A model generated the notes under the pieces. The model was not told the DNA's origin, made no database searches, and saw only the letters and a list, made by a program, of their open reading frames with translations. Shown one piece after another: positions 36,584 through 48,180 of a stretch of 64,000 bases of DNA. Position 1 is the first letter of the stretch, and each line of letters begins with the position of its first letter. Location of the stretch: contig CDRNVI010000087.1 in NCBI GenBank assembly GCA_977017575.1, positions 248,001 through 312,000 of the forward strand, given 5' to 3'. This DNA comes from Paramoeba atlantica. Its lineage: Eukaryota > Protista > Discosea. Both the position numbers and the translations under genes were made by a program.

Positions 36584-37324
36584 ATGTTCTATACCTTTCT
36601 AGCAGCGGATGTTCCAGAGTCGCGTGTCATAACTCGCGCAGCCAAAGTGAGCGCGACGAATCTTCCGTCAGAATACGATCTTGTGCGACTGGTGCGTAAC
36701 ATTGAGAATCCACATACCTCGTGGAGTACATCAACCCCGGCTTGCGAGTGGGATGGCGTGTCTTGTAACAAAGAGGCTGAGATAACGGGGATTAATTGGC
36801 CCTCAAGAAAACTAACCGGTGAGCTAAGCTTTAGTTATCTACCGAAAACACTGCATACTTTGTACGCTTATGTAAACAAGCTTTCCGGTGAATTGCAATT
36901 TGATACGTTTCCTGTTACATGTATGATGCGTACGTTAAGTCTTCGGGACAATGAGTTAAGTGGACCATTGGACTTAACGGCTCTTCCTCCAAAACTGAAG
37001 ACGTTAATACTCTCTGGGAACCAATTTACGGGTGACGTTTGTTTGACGAAATTACCGTCAGAGCTCATAAATCTTTGTCTTGGTAGGAACAAGCTATCCG
37101 GAGAGCTTTGCTTTAGTGAACTACCGAAGGTCGTTATGCTCCGACTTGAAAACAATAACTTTTCCGGAAATATTGATCTAACAGGAGTTCCACCTTCATT
37201 GGGAGACCTTCATTTGTCCAACAATGTGAATCTATTTGGCGAAATAGAAGAGCGTCTTTTTTCCGAAAAACTGCGCAAAGGTCTGAAAATTGAAAACACC
37301 AACATTACGCGTTTAACATCTTAA
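36584..37324 (+). CDS. LRR protein
   Basis: MFYTFLAADVPE..., TPACEWDGVSC, six to seven LRRs, intact frame. Confidence 0.88.
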   Translation: MFYTFLAADVPESRVITRAAKVSATNLPSEYDLVRLVRNIENPHTSWSTSTPACEWDGVSCNKEAEITGINWPSRKLTGELSFSYLPKTLHTLYAYVNKLSGELQFDTFPVTCMMRTLSLRDNELSGPLDLTALPPKLKTLILSGNQFTGDVCLTKLPSELINLCLGRNKLSGELCFSELPKVVMLRLENNNFSGNIDLTGVPPSLGDLHLSNNVNLFGEIEERLFSEKLRKGLKIENTNITRLTS

Positions 37325-38333
37325 TGTTTTTCTTGCTTAAATCATAAGCTCAGCGTTATAAACCACAGTCAGGTTTAAGATTCCTGTAGCCTTATAACAT
37401 TCAGGGGGAATATGTTTCGATGTCCCACGCATTTTTTAAACTCACCGTCCTGAACATTTCTTATATCGTATAATTTAAATGATGTTGGAGAGTATAATCC
37501 ATTAAGCACCTATTTAAATTTTAGAACGAGGGGACGCTGTGGTGCAATTTTATGACCAAAGCGATGTTGAAACCGACACGGAAGAAAACCGCTCTGAATT
37601 AGAAATGGCTCATCCAATCCAAATCATTCCGGAATGTCCCAGAAGGTCACTGGCAAGCCAGGCCCTTCACACACAGAGTTGGAAGTTCCGAGGCCGAGAG
37701 AACGTTGGAAAGTTAATTTAGGCTCTACGTTAAACGTGGTGGTTGTTTTCAACTTAGAAGTCACTCATGCTGCGCGCTTCGCGTTGAAAACTACCACCGC
37801 GTTTAACGAAGAGCCTAAAAAAGAAAATTCGGCCCGGAAAGCTAAAGAAAACACAAAGATTATTGCCAAAAATAGCCGATTTTAGGGTAAAAATGGGATG
37901 ATTTTTGCGTATTTTTGCTCTCAGAGCACTAAATCCGATATTTGCGTGTGAGAAATCACTCGTACGCGACTCCAACCACACCATTCTTTTGACATAAAAA
38001 AGTTCCCTTTAGGTCCGAAAATTACTTTTTCGCATTTTTTGGTCAAAAATGGGGCATTTTGGGAGGCGTACCACGGCTTCAAGAAGCGACATCTCGCAAA
38101 AATACAATAGGCGAAACAATTTTGGAAAATTATTTTTTTTATCATTTTTTTCGTCAAGTTGAAACTTTTTTCAAAAACAAATTCCGAAAAAATCCGAACT
38201 TGACGGACCCGTCCTGCGCATACGAGGGGGGGTCACCCCTGGGTAGGGGGGTGGAAAATACGCGCCAAGACCCCGGCTACCCCTTCTGCTATTCGAGCGG
38301 GCACTTCTGGCCTACCGCCAACATGGGCCACTA

Positions 38334-38612
38334 ATGTCAACTACAATAATAAGGATAGACAATACTAGTGTGGAATATGCCCTACGGAAAAAATGGGCAG
38401 AATCTCCCAGTATTGCCCAGGTTCTTGCTCGACTACTCGAGCTCATGAATAAGAACGGTATCCGTCTAATTCCACAATATGTAAACACAAAGGAAAACTT
38501 GGCAGACCCCTGGAGTCGAGATAAATTTTCCACTTGGCGAAACGGGGGAATATTTGAACTGTCCTCGAAGGAGACTGGCGAATGGGGCGGGTGCGGATGT
38601 CCCCTTCGTTAG
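38334..38612 (+). pseudogene. DIRS/VIPER-like RNase H C-terminal fragment
   Basis: IRIDNTSVEYALRKK...GIRLIPQYVNTKENLADPWSR matches the YR-retrotransposon RNase H motif DN...N.AD..SR. Confidence 0.7.
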
Positions 38613-39157
38613 TCCTTTAGCAAGTTATGATGAAATAGATTTGAGTATATATATAGTTTAACCCGTTTCTTAGAAGTTGATAAGAGCATTACGTAGCAGC
38701 AAAAGATCGTTACAATTATGAGCACTCATTACTTACGTACTTATTAAGAAAATGAAATAGTGAGGGCCCGCGCGATGTCACCAAGGCCTAATTATGGGAT
38801 CTTGCGTGAGTAATTCGGCATAAGTGGGTAATAAAGAGGAGGCGAACATAAATTATAATTGTATGATATTCGAACTAGTTCACTTTCTTTGATATTATCA
38901 TTTACCTGTGTCATTTTGTTTTACCCGCCCACCTCCCCTCTACTGAGTGCGGACGTCCCCTTCGTTAGTCCTTTAGCAAGTTATGATGAAATACATTTGA
39001 ATATACAGTGTATATATAGTTTAACCCGTTTCTTAGAAGTTGATAAGAGCATTACGTAGCAGCAGAAGATCGTTACAATTATGAGCACTCATTACTTACG
39101 TACTTATTAAGAAAATGAAATAGTGAGGGCCCGCGCGATGTCACCAAGGCCTAATTA
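38591..39157. repeat. Direct repeat ~205 bp (38591..38794 and 38947..39157)
   Basis: GTGCGGA(T/C)GTCCCCTTCGTTAGTCC...CCAAGGCCTAATTA present twice with few differences. Confidence 0.9.
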
Positions 39158-39491
39158 AGAGCAATATTATGTGATACATAAGTGCTGTAGTATTTTATAC
39201 TCAACTACAACGAGAAACTTTGACTTCAAGACGTTATTCGTGACACCAAGACAAACCACAGAAATCTCGGATGCGATAATACAAACGAAAAGATAAACAG
39301 AGCTGTGGACGCGAAAATAACACACATGCTTCAAAATTAAAGCCCATTTGGAGATACATGTAATTGAACGCTTTTTGGTGACAAAGCATAGCCCAAATTT
39401 AGAGAAAGTCACTGCAACTTTTGAGTTGAAAAGTAGTTTTTGTATGCGCATTATCCAATAAAACAAATCCGAGAATGAAAAGGAAATTCAC

Positions 39492-40514
39492 TCATTCCTG
39501 CGAGCTGTCTACCAACAGAGTTGGTCGAGACCCCTCCTTGAACTCACATACCTCATCTTGGGAGACCCCTGGGAGAAGGATATTCGAAAACAATTCTTTA
39601 GGGGTTGCGTCTTGGAGTACATCGAGGGGTCGTCTGTTGATGGAATCGCACACTGTTTGAAGAACAGCTTGGGTAATCCCGGTGAATTTAAGCGCTTTCG
39701 GATAAAAATCGCGGACTACCCCATTAAAACGCTTTACACCACCCTTCTCCCAACTTGCGTACGGTTTGCAGAAGAAAGAGACGCATCCGAACGACTCATT
39801 GACTTTCTCATGCTTCGCGAATTCTGTTCCGTTGTCATACGTAACAGTATGAACGAAGAAGCCCCGTAAAGCCTTGTTGACCTCCTGGGCAACAAGTTCG
39901 GAATTCTTTGAGGAAAGAATGCGTAGGATACCGAAACGGCTCTTCCGTTCTACTAAACTTAGGAAATAGCCTGAGTGTTTCGTACCTTCAATTAAATCGC
40001 ACTCCCAGTCTCCATATCTGGAGCGGATGATGATAATATCAGGACATTCGCTGATGTCAGTACAGTTCGGGATTTTTAATCGATTAAGACCACGACGCCG
40101 TCTTCCGCGACCACCTTTGCGTCGAAGGTATTGCGTCACGTCGCCGCCTTTATCTTCCCGTTTGATCTGGCCATATATTGCCACGCGCGAAATCTTAAAT
40201 CCGTCGTCTTTCCATAGCGTTTTCGCGATTTGCTGTGGACTAAAGCGTTCCTTTAGCAACGAGATGACTTTGTCCTTTATTCGACCACATACCTTGGGGC
40301 GTTTGTGCTTTCGCGTGGTCTTGGTAACCATGGCCGCTTTCTGAGCCCGTTTAGCGTCATAGTGGCCCTTTCGAGAGCCTCGAGTGAGCTCACGACTTAG
40401 AGTTGATTGCGAAACGCCGAGCTTTTCAGCAATCTCTTCTTGAGAAAAATTTTGCTGGTTGTATAACACTTCTATCGTTCCGCAGTCCTCTGCATCCAGT
40501 TGCTTTTTGGTCAT
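39492..40514 (-). CDS. IS30-family transposase (bacterial type), third catalytic residue E>K
   Basis: From ATG 40514: HTH SQEEIAEKLGVSQSTLSREL, FSPQQIA, IS..AIY, R.RYGDWECDLIEG, LVERKSRF, TYDNGTEFA, FCKPYASWEKGGVKRFNG, INRRP. Spacing is DD33, with K at the E position. Confidence 0.85.
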   Translation of the reverse strand: MTKKQLDAEDCGTIEVLYNQQNFSQEEIAEKLGVSQSTLSRELTRGSRKGHYDAKRAQKAAMVTKTTRKHKRPKVCGRIKDKVISLLKERFSPQQIAKTLWKDDGFKISRVAIYGQIKREDKGGDVTQYLRRKGGRGRRRRGLNRLKIPNCTDISECPDIIIIRSRYGDWECDLIEGTKHSGYFLSLVERKSRFGILRILSSKNSELVAQEVNKALRGFFVHTVTYDNGTEFAKHEKVNESFGCVSFFCKPYASWEKGGVKRFNGVVRDFYPKALKFTGITQAVLQTVCDSINRRPLDVLQDATPKELFSNILLPGVSQDEVCEFKEGSRPTLLVDSSQE

Positions 40515-40860
40515 AAGGAGCACAAAAAAAGAGCAGAAAGTAAAGGAAGACAAATTAATACTCCATAGGATGTAATGCAAACAGATAGTGGCAGACGGTG
40601 ACAGATGGTGGCAGACGGTGGCAGACAAAAAGACCACTTGGTACACTATTTTTTTCGTCTAGCATAGATAAGCCGCTTGCCAACATTACCTTTTCGAAAG
40701 TTCACATCCCCCCCCCCTGACCAGTCGTTCAAAAAACACGATCGACCCTGTAATATCGAGTTTCTAAAAAATCCAAAACGTAGCACTACGTCGTTAGATG
40801 AGTTCTTTGATAAACGAGAGGAATAAAGCAAAAAAATGTGTTACCAAGTTAAAAATCTAA

Positions 40861-41538
40861 TTATGAACTCAAATCAATCTCATCGACTGAGTTAAAGTAG
40901 TCCCGAGAGTCGCTTTGAGTATGAAATACGTAAGCGTCCATTGGCCCCGTTTTACTAAGCTGCTCGGGAGCTGGATATCGAGAACTCTGATTTTCATGTT
41001 TTTCAATGATGTCTTCGATTTCCCGGATTTTGTTACATGTTAATGCTTGATATCTACCCTTTGCTCCGTGACGATGAAAATTATCAATGTTGTGTACAAT
41101 GAGAGCGCAGCAGAAAGCGTGAAACAACATTTCCGAGTTTCAAGTCCACTGCTTAAACGCCAGAAAACGACCGACATTGACACGCCCGAATACGTGTTCT
41201 ATACGAGCGCGAAAAAAATAAAGGCTTTCGTTTATTTTTAACGTGCGCTTCTGTCATATACTCTCTATTGCTCAAACGACTTCGTGAAAATTGTGGCCAT
41301 ATCTGCGATTTGGAAAATGGAAGTATAGCCCTTGTTGTGGCTCCGTTGTAGAACCCTCCGTCTGCAAGAGCACACAAGCCTTTTCTATCCAGGAAATTCA
41401 TCACACCGCAAGCGCCTTGTATGACAGAATCCGACGACGCCCCACAATACAGCGAGTCGCCAACGAAACATACGTACCCACTCAATGTGCATGCAACAAA
41501 CGCTTTAGCTACGTGCGTTGAGTATTTGGGTTGATAGT
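40861..41538 (-). pseudogene. ISL2EU/PIF-Harbinger-like (DDE_Tnp_4) transposase fragment
   Basis: K....AKAFVACTLSGYVCFVGDSLYCGASSD..I...LADGGF, then FCCALIVHN. The 5' part is lost at the duplication junction 41539. Confidence 0.65.
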
Positions 41539-41710
41539 TCCCAGTTGTCCACGTCTGTGCAAGCCCCAAACAGACAAACCCGGGACAGGGTTTATGTTTA
41601 ACAATATCTCTACACACATCTCTAAATTTTTATGTACAAAAACATGTAGAAAATGTTAGAAAATTGTTCAATAAAAAAAAGAGTTTTTTGGCCGGAAGTA
41701 TAAAGGGAGG

Positions 41711-42207
41711 TACTGATTCTTCGTCTGTATAAAATTTTGTTTTGTCATGCACTTGTAGTGCAGAGGTAAGCCCCAGTGTCTTTACCCGCATACGACGGGT
41801 GGATCACGCGAGGGTTCGTCTTCGCCTGTGGTAAGTGGGTGCAGAGAGATCGGTTGTCATGTGCGGGTGCAGAGAGCTGCGACAGAGCCGAGGTGCAGAG
41901 AGCCGGGAGGCTCGTGGGCGGAAGACACGTCTAGTGGTCCTCAAGGGAGGCCACCGTGACGCATTACCTCCTCGGAAAGGCGGGCACGGGAGAAAGAGAA
42001 GCCGAGAGAGGGAAGCACACTCACTCCAGGGGAGTGAGTCGGGAAGGGGTGAAGGGGTGGAAGCGCGTCCCCTGCTTCAACAATAGAGAGGGACAGTTTC
42101 GGCCTTAGTGCCGGCCGGCAACGGGCATAAAAATACAGTAACAGTATGCCCGTTGCCGGGGAAAGAAAGGATGAACTAAGGAAAAAGGACGAACAAGGTA
42201 CAGAAAC
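41711..42207 (-). mobile_element. SL-headed SINE-like element, copy A, 17-18 bp TSD
   Basis: Flanked by (C)GGAAGTATAAAGGGAGG at 41693..41710 and 42207..42224. SL relic 42192..42207. 3' hairpin 41748..41762. No ORF of note. Confidence 0.8.
42176..42191 (-). promoter_or_regulatory. Candidate trans-splice acceptor (polypyrimidine tract + AG)
   Basis: Minus strand CGTCCTTTTTCCTTAG|TTCATCC. Copy B has the SL joined directly to TTCATCC. The same site is at 62631..62646. Confidence 0.7.
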
Positions 42208-42279
42208 GGAAGTATAAAGGGAGGGGAGACAGTACGTTTGAAATTAGTATGCCTAGAACTTACGGTTTTGTTTTACACC

Positions 42280-42756
42280 ATGTTTTATACCTTTCTAGCA
42301 GCGGATGTTCCAGAGTCGCGTGTCATAGCTCGCGCAGCCAAAGTGAGCGCGACGAATCTTCCGTCAGAATACGATCTTGTGCGACTGGTGCGTAACATTG
42401 AGAATCCACATACCTCGTGGAGTACATCAACCCCGGCTTGCGAGTGGGATGGCGTGTCTTGTAACAAAGAGGCTGAGATAACGGGGATTAATTGGCCCTC
42501 AAGAAAACTAACCGGTGAGCTAAGCTTTAGTTATCTACCGAAAACACTGCATACTTTGTACGCTTATGTAAACAAGCTTTCCGGTGAATTGCAATTTGAT
42601 ACGTTTCCTGTTACATGTATGATGCGTACGTTAAGTCTTCGGGACAATGAGTTAAGTGGACCATTGGACTTAACGGCTCTTCCTCCAAAACTGAAGACGT
42701 TAATACTCTCTGGGAACCAATTTACGGGTGACGTTTGTTTGACGAAATTGCCGTCA
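42280..42756 (+). pseudogene. LRR gene, 5' part (split by retroelement)
   Basis: Nearly identical to 36584 and 62735; ends at ...LTKLPS. Confidence 0.9.
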
Positions 42757-45700
42757 TGTTATGATTATCATGCAGTAAACTGCAGAGATTAAAACAGAAG
42801 AAGATCGGGTGTATCCCTTTAGTGCGCCCAAAACGCACTTCTTCTTCTGACATGCCCACCTCATTGGAAGCTTGGCATATACCAGTTGGGGTTCTCCCGT
42901 TGTTGGTATATGTGGAAACTTCCTAGTAGTGCTCGCTGCACTAGTTTTTCCCTACACTTGGAGGCTTCAGCCTTAGTTCCAAAGAGGGAGTTTATCGCAC
43001 GTGCGGAGGAGTTCAGCTTTCCTCTCGCACCAACTTCAAAAACCAGGAGAAAGGTCGACGGATTCGCTAGCCTGCGCTGCGTGTAAAGATGTGTGTACTT
43101 ACGAACCTTCCGTTCGTGGGCGTATTCCAAGTTCTCTTCCCATGGGGATGTAAGTTCAATTATGTACTCGGACCCGTTGTGCAGCCGCACCCATCCATCT
43201 GGTCTCAGTTCAGTTCCGTGCGAGAGCCAGGGAGGAGAGTTGCGGTACAGGTCCACATCAAAGTGGTACGAGGATGTGGTGGGAGAGTTGGCAACAGCGT
43301 CTGCAAGGGCAAGTAGTATAAGATCATGGCGGTATGTATACCGTCCTTGCTCAAGGGACACTTTGCAGCCTGTTAAGATGTGGCGCGGGGTCTGGGTCGC
43401 TTCGCCACAAATTGGACATGTGACGTTCGTGTGTGACGATATGCCCCACCGGCGGAGAGAGGAACGCGTAGGAAGTGGAGTTTGAGTGAGCACGGATGCC
43501 GCGAAGCGAGAGAGGGAGGAGCTTTTGATATTACATAGGACAGAAGCGAAGTCTTTCGCTAGGTCGCTTTCTGTAGCCATTTGAAACCATTCGCAGGCTA
43601 TGGTGCTGCGGCGTTGTACTGACTCGATCAAGTGCCTTTCATGCTCATCGTTAATTGTTCTTCGGAGGTTATCGGGGTCACCCCGCATATCATAGAACCT
43701 CGCTGCGGGCCTCACATGTCCTGATGAGCGTCTACGTTGCTCGTTGGCTATCCTGTGTCGTAATGCGTACTGTACCGCTGGGTCACGAGATTTGGACATT
43801 TGCGAGATGGCTGTGGCCGTACACTGCAGCCAAAGCTTAGAGATGCTCATCATCCGCCAGCCGCGCTCAGAGTAGAAGAGTTCACTTGTGGCCGTTTTCG
43901 CAACGTTAAGTCATTTCCTGATTTGGTTTGTGGCCAACTTTTGGAGACGTAGGATATAGTTGAAAGTGATCCCTGTGTTCACAGTCAGGACGTACCGGAG
44001 ACGGGAAATTATTGCGTTATTGTAGATCCACATTTTCGCTGCTTGATCAAATGCGCTTTCCGTAATGTTTCCGAGCCACTTCCGCAACTTACATTGCAGG
44101 GTTTTGAATAGAACTTTTCCTTGTTGTGCCCCAGGAGCTAGCGTCATTCCGAGAAAGAGACTTCCCTTGTCACAGATATGTGGAATTACCTGCCCATCCG
44201 TGACTATGCGAGGGCGATGTGTCTTGTAACCTCCGTTGAGGACTGCCATGTGTTGCACTCGGCACTTCCCGACGTTCAGCCGGAGCCCCATAGTGGTGAG
44301 AACCCGGTGCAGAACGTTGGTCGCCCGCTGTAATTCGTCAGGGGTGCCCGCGACAAGGGTTAGGTCATCAGCAAACGCTTTTATGAAGGTTTCTCGCGTG
44401 TCCCATACAATACCATATTTTGGCAGGCTAGATCGGAGGTACCGAAGGACCACTTCCATTGCGATGAGAAAGAGAACAGGAGATAAGGTATCGCCTTGGA
44501 GAAAGCCACGTGTTATAGAGATATCTCCGGTCAATCCCTCTGCACACTTCACTTGCATGGAAGCTCCCGTGTACAGGGCTCGAACTGGTACAGGGCACCA
44601 ACTCTAACGTTGGTGGGAAGGCGAGCCCATTCCAGGGCAGAGAAGAGCACCTAGTGTGGGAGTGAACCAAAGGCATTCTTGAGGTCGTACTGTCCAAGGC
44701 AGTATTGGCGTTTGTGTTGCCGTTGGTGGTCAAGAAGTTCACAAAGCGCTTGGGTATGTTCGATACAGCCATTCACACCAGGCAGGAATCCCTTCTGGAT
44801 TGTAGTATCTATTACTCCCGATCCTGTGACATGTTCCTGAATCCGGTGGCTGACAATGCTGTGGAAGAGTTTCCCGAGACAGCTCGTAAGGCTTATGGGC
44901 CGCCAGTTGGAAACGTTCTGCGTAGGGCCACTTTTATGCACAAGAAGGGTAACCGCTTTCTTCCAGTTGTCGGGACAGACCCCAAATTTGAAGAGGTCGT
45001 TAAACGATTGGGGTAAGAAAGGGTGTAGCGCGGGGCAGCGCTTTAGCAGCGCATTGCTAACGGTGTCAGAGCCTGGTGCCGCTGTATGGCGCTTCGATGA
45101 TACAGCGGCTGCGATCGTGGCGCTATCTATTGCTTCCCATGTCATGTCTCTATCCGCCTGGGGGCCCAGAAGCTCTGTTGGAGGAAGTCCACATTCTTGA
45201 GTTGTTTCCATAGAGCCCCTGAAATAGGACTCTACTTCGGCGGGGGCGATGTCTGGATGCTTCCCATTACGTTGCTGTGCTTCTTTTTCGTGGTTATCAA
45301 TACATTCACTACCTGCCGTCCAGGGATTCCTTTGAAATCTTGTGTGGGCCCAGCGCTGAGCCATCTCCAGTCGCTGCGCTTCTCCTTCTGCCATGTAGAC
45401 CTTCTGAAGTTTTACAGCCTCTTTCAGTTGACCCTTGACGTGGTTCCGCTCGGCCCGTCCGTGGGTATATCGCAATGTTGCTTTCAGTTGTCGAACGTGA
45501 GTTTCAAGCTGCTTGGCCGAGCGCTCCGCTGCCAGGGGGCGTGTTCTGCGACGGTTGTGACGCGCGTTTGTTCTAATACGGAATCCCCCGGTTGGATCTG
45601 CCTCGCTGGCCACCTCGTATGCCGACACCGCGAGACATGCCGTGAGTAGTTCTGCTTGTGCGGTAGCCTCGTCGGCACTCTCTGCGGGACTCAGAAATTT

Positions 45701-47693
45701 GGTACATCTTTCCAGTGCCTTTTCCTCCGTGCGCTGCCACTGTGCAGAGGAAAGATGTATCATGATGCGGCCTCCTTCTATGGTGCGTAGTGTGGATAGA
45801 AGAGTTCCGGGTGTATCCTGCACGTTCTCCAATCGGGACGTTGCGGCCCTCGATCGGTTCGCATTAGCCATCAGAGAGCGGGAAGATCGAAGCAGTGGCG
45901 GTTCAGGCTGGTTCTCAGGGTTCCTTATCAATTGGGGTGAGTTGGGAGTTGGTTGATCGTTCTCATCCCCCGACGAGATCGAGTTTCTCTGACCGGTGGA
46001 TCGCGTCTGGCTGCTTGAGGTCGTCGATGTGGTTGTCGGCGTGGTGGTTGGTGTCTCTTCCTTGGATTGGTTGAGGCGAGAGTTTTGACTTCTGGAAATA
46101 CTGATGTTTTGCACGGATCCGTCGGGGTTGATCTGTCTCTCTGCTGGGGGTCGTGACCCTAGGAATAGACTTCGAAGACTCCAGATGACGATTCAGCGGA
46201 TGAGGGCCGCGCGGAAACTAGTACTCCTTCTTTGCAGCACTTGTGTAGGCATCGGGCTTTGTCCTGGCATTTATGCAGACACGGTCGTCTATTGACTTGT
46301 ACCTCATTGCTAAGGGCAGGTGTGGAGTTGTTGGGAATCGGCAGCGGATCGGGAAGTGCTGTGACATGAGGGTTACTGTCTTCTAGTGGGGCATTTGCTG
46401 CATGGGTCTCGGTTGTCACGTTGTCAGAGAGCTGCGCTCGCTCATTTTATGAGGTCCACGGTATGAGACTCCTCAGGGACCAACGGGCTGCAGAGGGGCG
46501 CGTTTTCGAGGCTCTATCGCTGTCGTAGTCGTGCGCACGCCTGGTTTCACGGCTCTGGTACGCACGGGGTTCATGTAGTGCTGATTGGACGGTTCGGGTG
46601 CTCCGCTCGTCAAGGGAGGGTGTGAGAGGAGTTGCCGTTGCTGGGTGAGGATCCCGTTCTGGGTGAGGACGAGGGGAGATGGGGACTCCCACCTTGCAGC
46701 ATCGATGTTTGCAATTCGCTTTATCTCGGCATATGTGCTTGCAGGGCCGATGCGTCACCGAGGTGGGAGGGCTGCTTGGCGTGGAGGGAAGTGGTGCTGG
46801 AGTGAGATTTTCTGCATGCAGCTCGCTAGAGGAGTCAGTTGTGGTTGGTACCTGCATAGCTGCGCTTACGGGTTCAGGTAAATGAGGATTTCCGCTTTCC
46901 GGGTCGGTGATTTTGCAGCAGGGATGTTTGCATCTCATTTTATTGAAGCAACGGCGTGCGCAAGGTTCGGTGCGTGCTGATGTAGGGGCCGGTTCTGCGG
47001 GGGTGTTCCGTGTGGGGAGGATTCGGTAGGGTTCGTCAAATCGGATTTTCGGCTTGGTCCACCCGATATCTGCATCTTGTTGCGGCTCAGGGGAGACATG
47101 TGATATTGCGAAGCGGGCCAGTGAGGGTATTACACGTCCGTTGAGTCGTTTTTGTATGGCCCGTCCTAGGGATCCCGCTGAGGAATAATCCTGGTCGAGC
47201 TTCATGTCTTTGTCATTATACGCTGAGGCCCAGCTTGTGTGTCGGTAGGTCGAATATGGCGCCGAAGTTTCGCGGAAGAGGAAGAAATCGCATGCTTTGT
47301 GGTCCATAACGTCGTTCAAAGTGCATCTTTGGACCACGATTCCGTCGGAGCGCTTCGCTCCTGATGAGAGAGTTCGTGCGAGGGAAAGCTCCGCTGTGAT
47401 TTCCGCTTGGAAATGGTCCTTCTCAGTTAGGAATAAGGCTGCCGCGTGCGTGTCGGGGAAGTAAAGCCAGTGTGGAGACTCCGAGTTTCTGAGACGTAGG
47501 GATACTGCCCGATTCTGGGTGAGGCGGAAGCTTTTCTCTCGAGGTGGGGGCGCGCTGGCAGATCCTCGAGGGAGGTCGCCTGGCGCTAGGGGGGCGGGGT
47601 AGGAGGGTGAAGTGTCATGCCCCAATGGGGGAAAGTAACAGTTAGTACGAAATTGAAAATAATTCAACAAGGTACAGAAACTGTATCTTTATA
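42757..47693 (-). mobile_element. NeSL/HERO-like RLE retrotransposon copy 3, full length but frameshifted, SL-headed
   Basis: ORF pieces 46447..47670, 46159..46419, 44651..46114, 43911..44558 and 42861..43853 (FADD, GRYTYRHD, RPDG..IELTSPWEE). SL relic 47665..47693; 3' hairpin 42771..42784. The empty site at 63201..63220 shows no TSD beyond one A. Confidence 0.92.
47665..47693 (-). other. Spliced-leader relic (29 nt, longest in window)
   Basis: Minus strand TATAAAGATACAGTTTCTGTACCTTGTTG. Confidence 0.85.
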
Positions 47694-47957
47694 GAGCTCA
47701 TAAATCTTTGTCTTGGTAGGAACAAGCTATCCGGAGAACTTTGCCTTAGTGAACTACCAAAAGTCCTTATGCTCCGACTTGAAAACAATAATTTTTACGG
47801 AAATATTGACCTAACAGGAGTTCCACCTTCATTGGGAGACCTTCATTTGTCCAACAATGTGAATCTATTTGGCGAAATAGAAGAGCGTCTTCTTTCCGAA
47901 AAACTTCGCAAAGGCCTGAAGATTGAAAACACGAACATTACGCTTTTGACCACCTAG
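47694..47957 (+). pseudogene. LRR gene, 3' part
   Basis: ELINLCLGRNKLSGEL... resumes exactly where 42756 stopped. Confidence 0.9.
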
Positions 47958-48180
47958 TTTCTGTTTTAAAATCATGAAGTAGACAGCTCTACAGAGAAGG
48001 ACGTTATAGAGAGCGGTTGCTTCAGTAAAAAAAAGTTCCTAAACGTGTTATTTTTTTCGGGTTGAGCGTTATAATTTGGAACGCTGAACCTGTCGTTTAT
48101 AATAGAGGACATTCTGGCTTAATATTGCTACGCGTGTCACGAGTCAAATATTGTGTCATTTTTAGACCACCTACTACTGT

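Noticed and set aside
30189-47957. Diversity-generating retroelement acting on LRR genes
   Set aside because: The RTs are non-LTR RT-RLE proteins. There is no TR/VR pair with adenine-specific differences; the 124-bp LRR patch differs at only two non-adenine positions.
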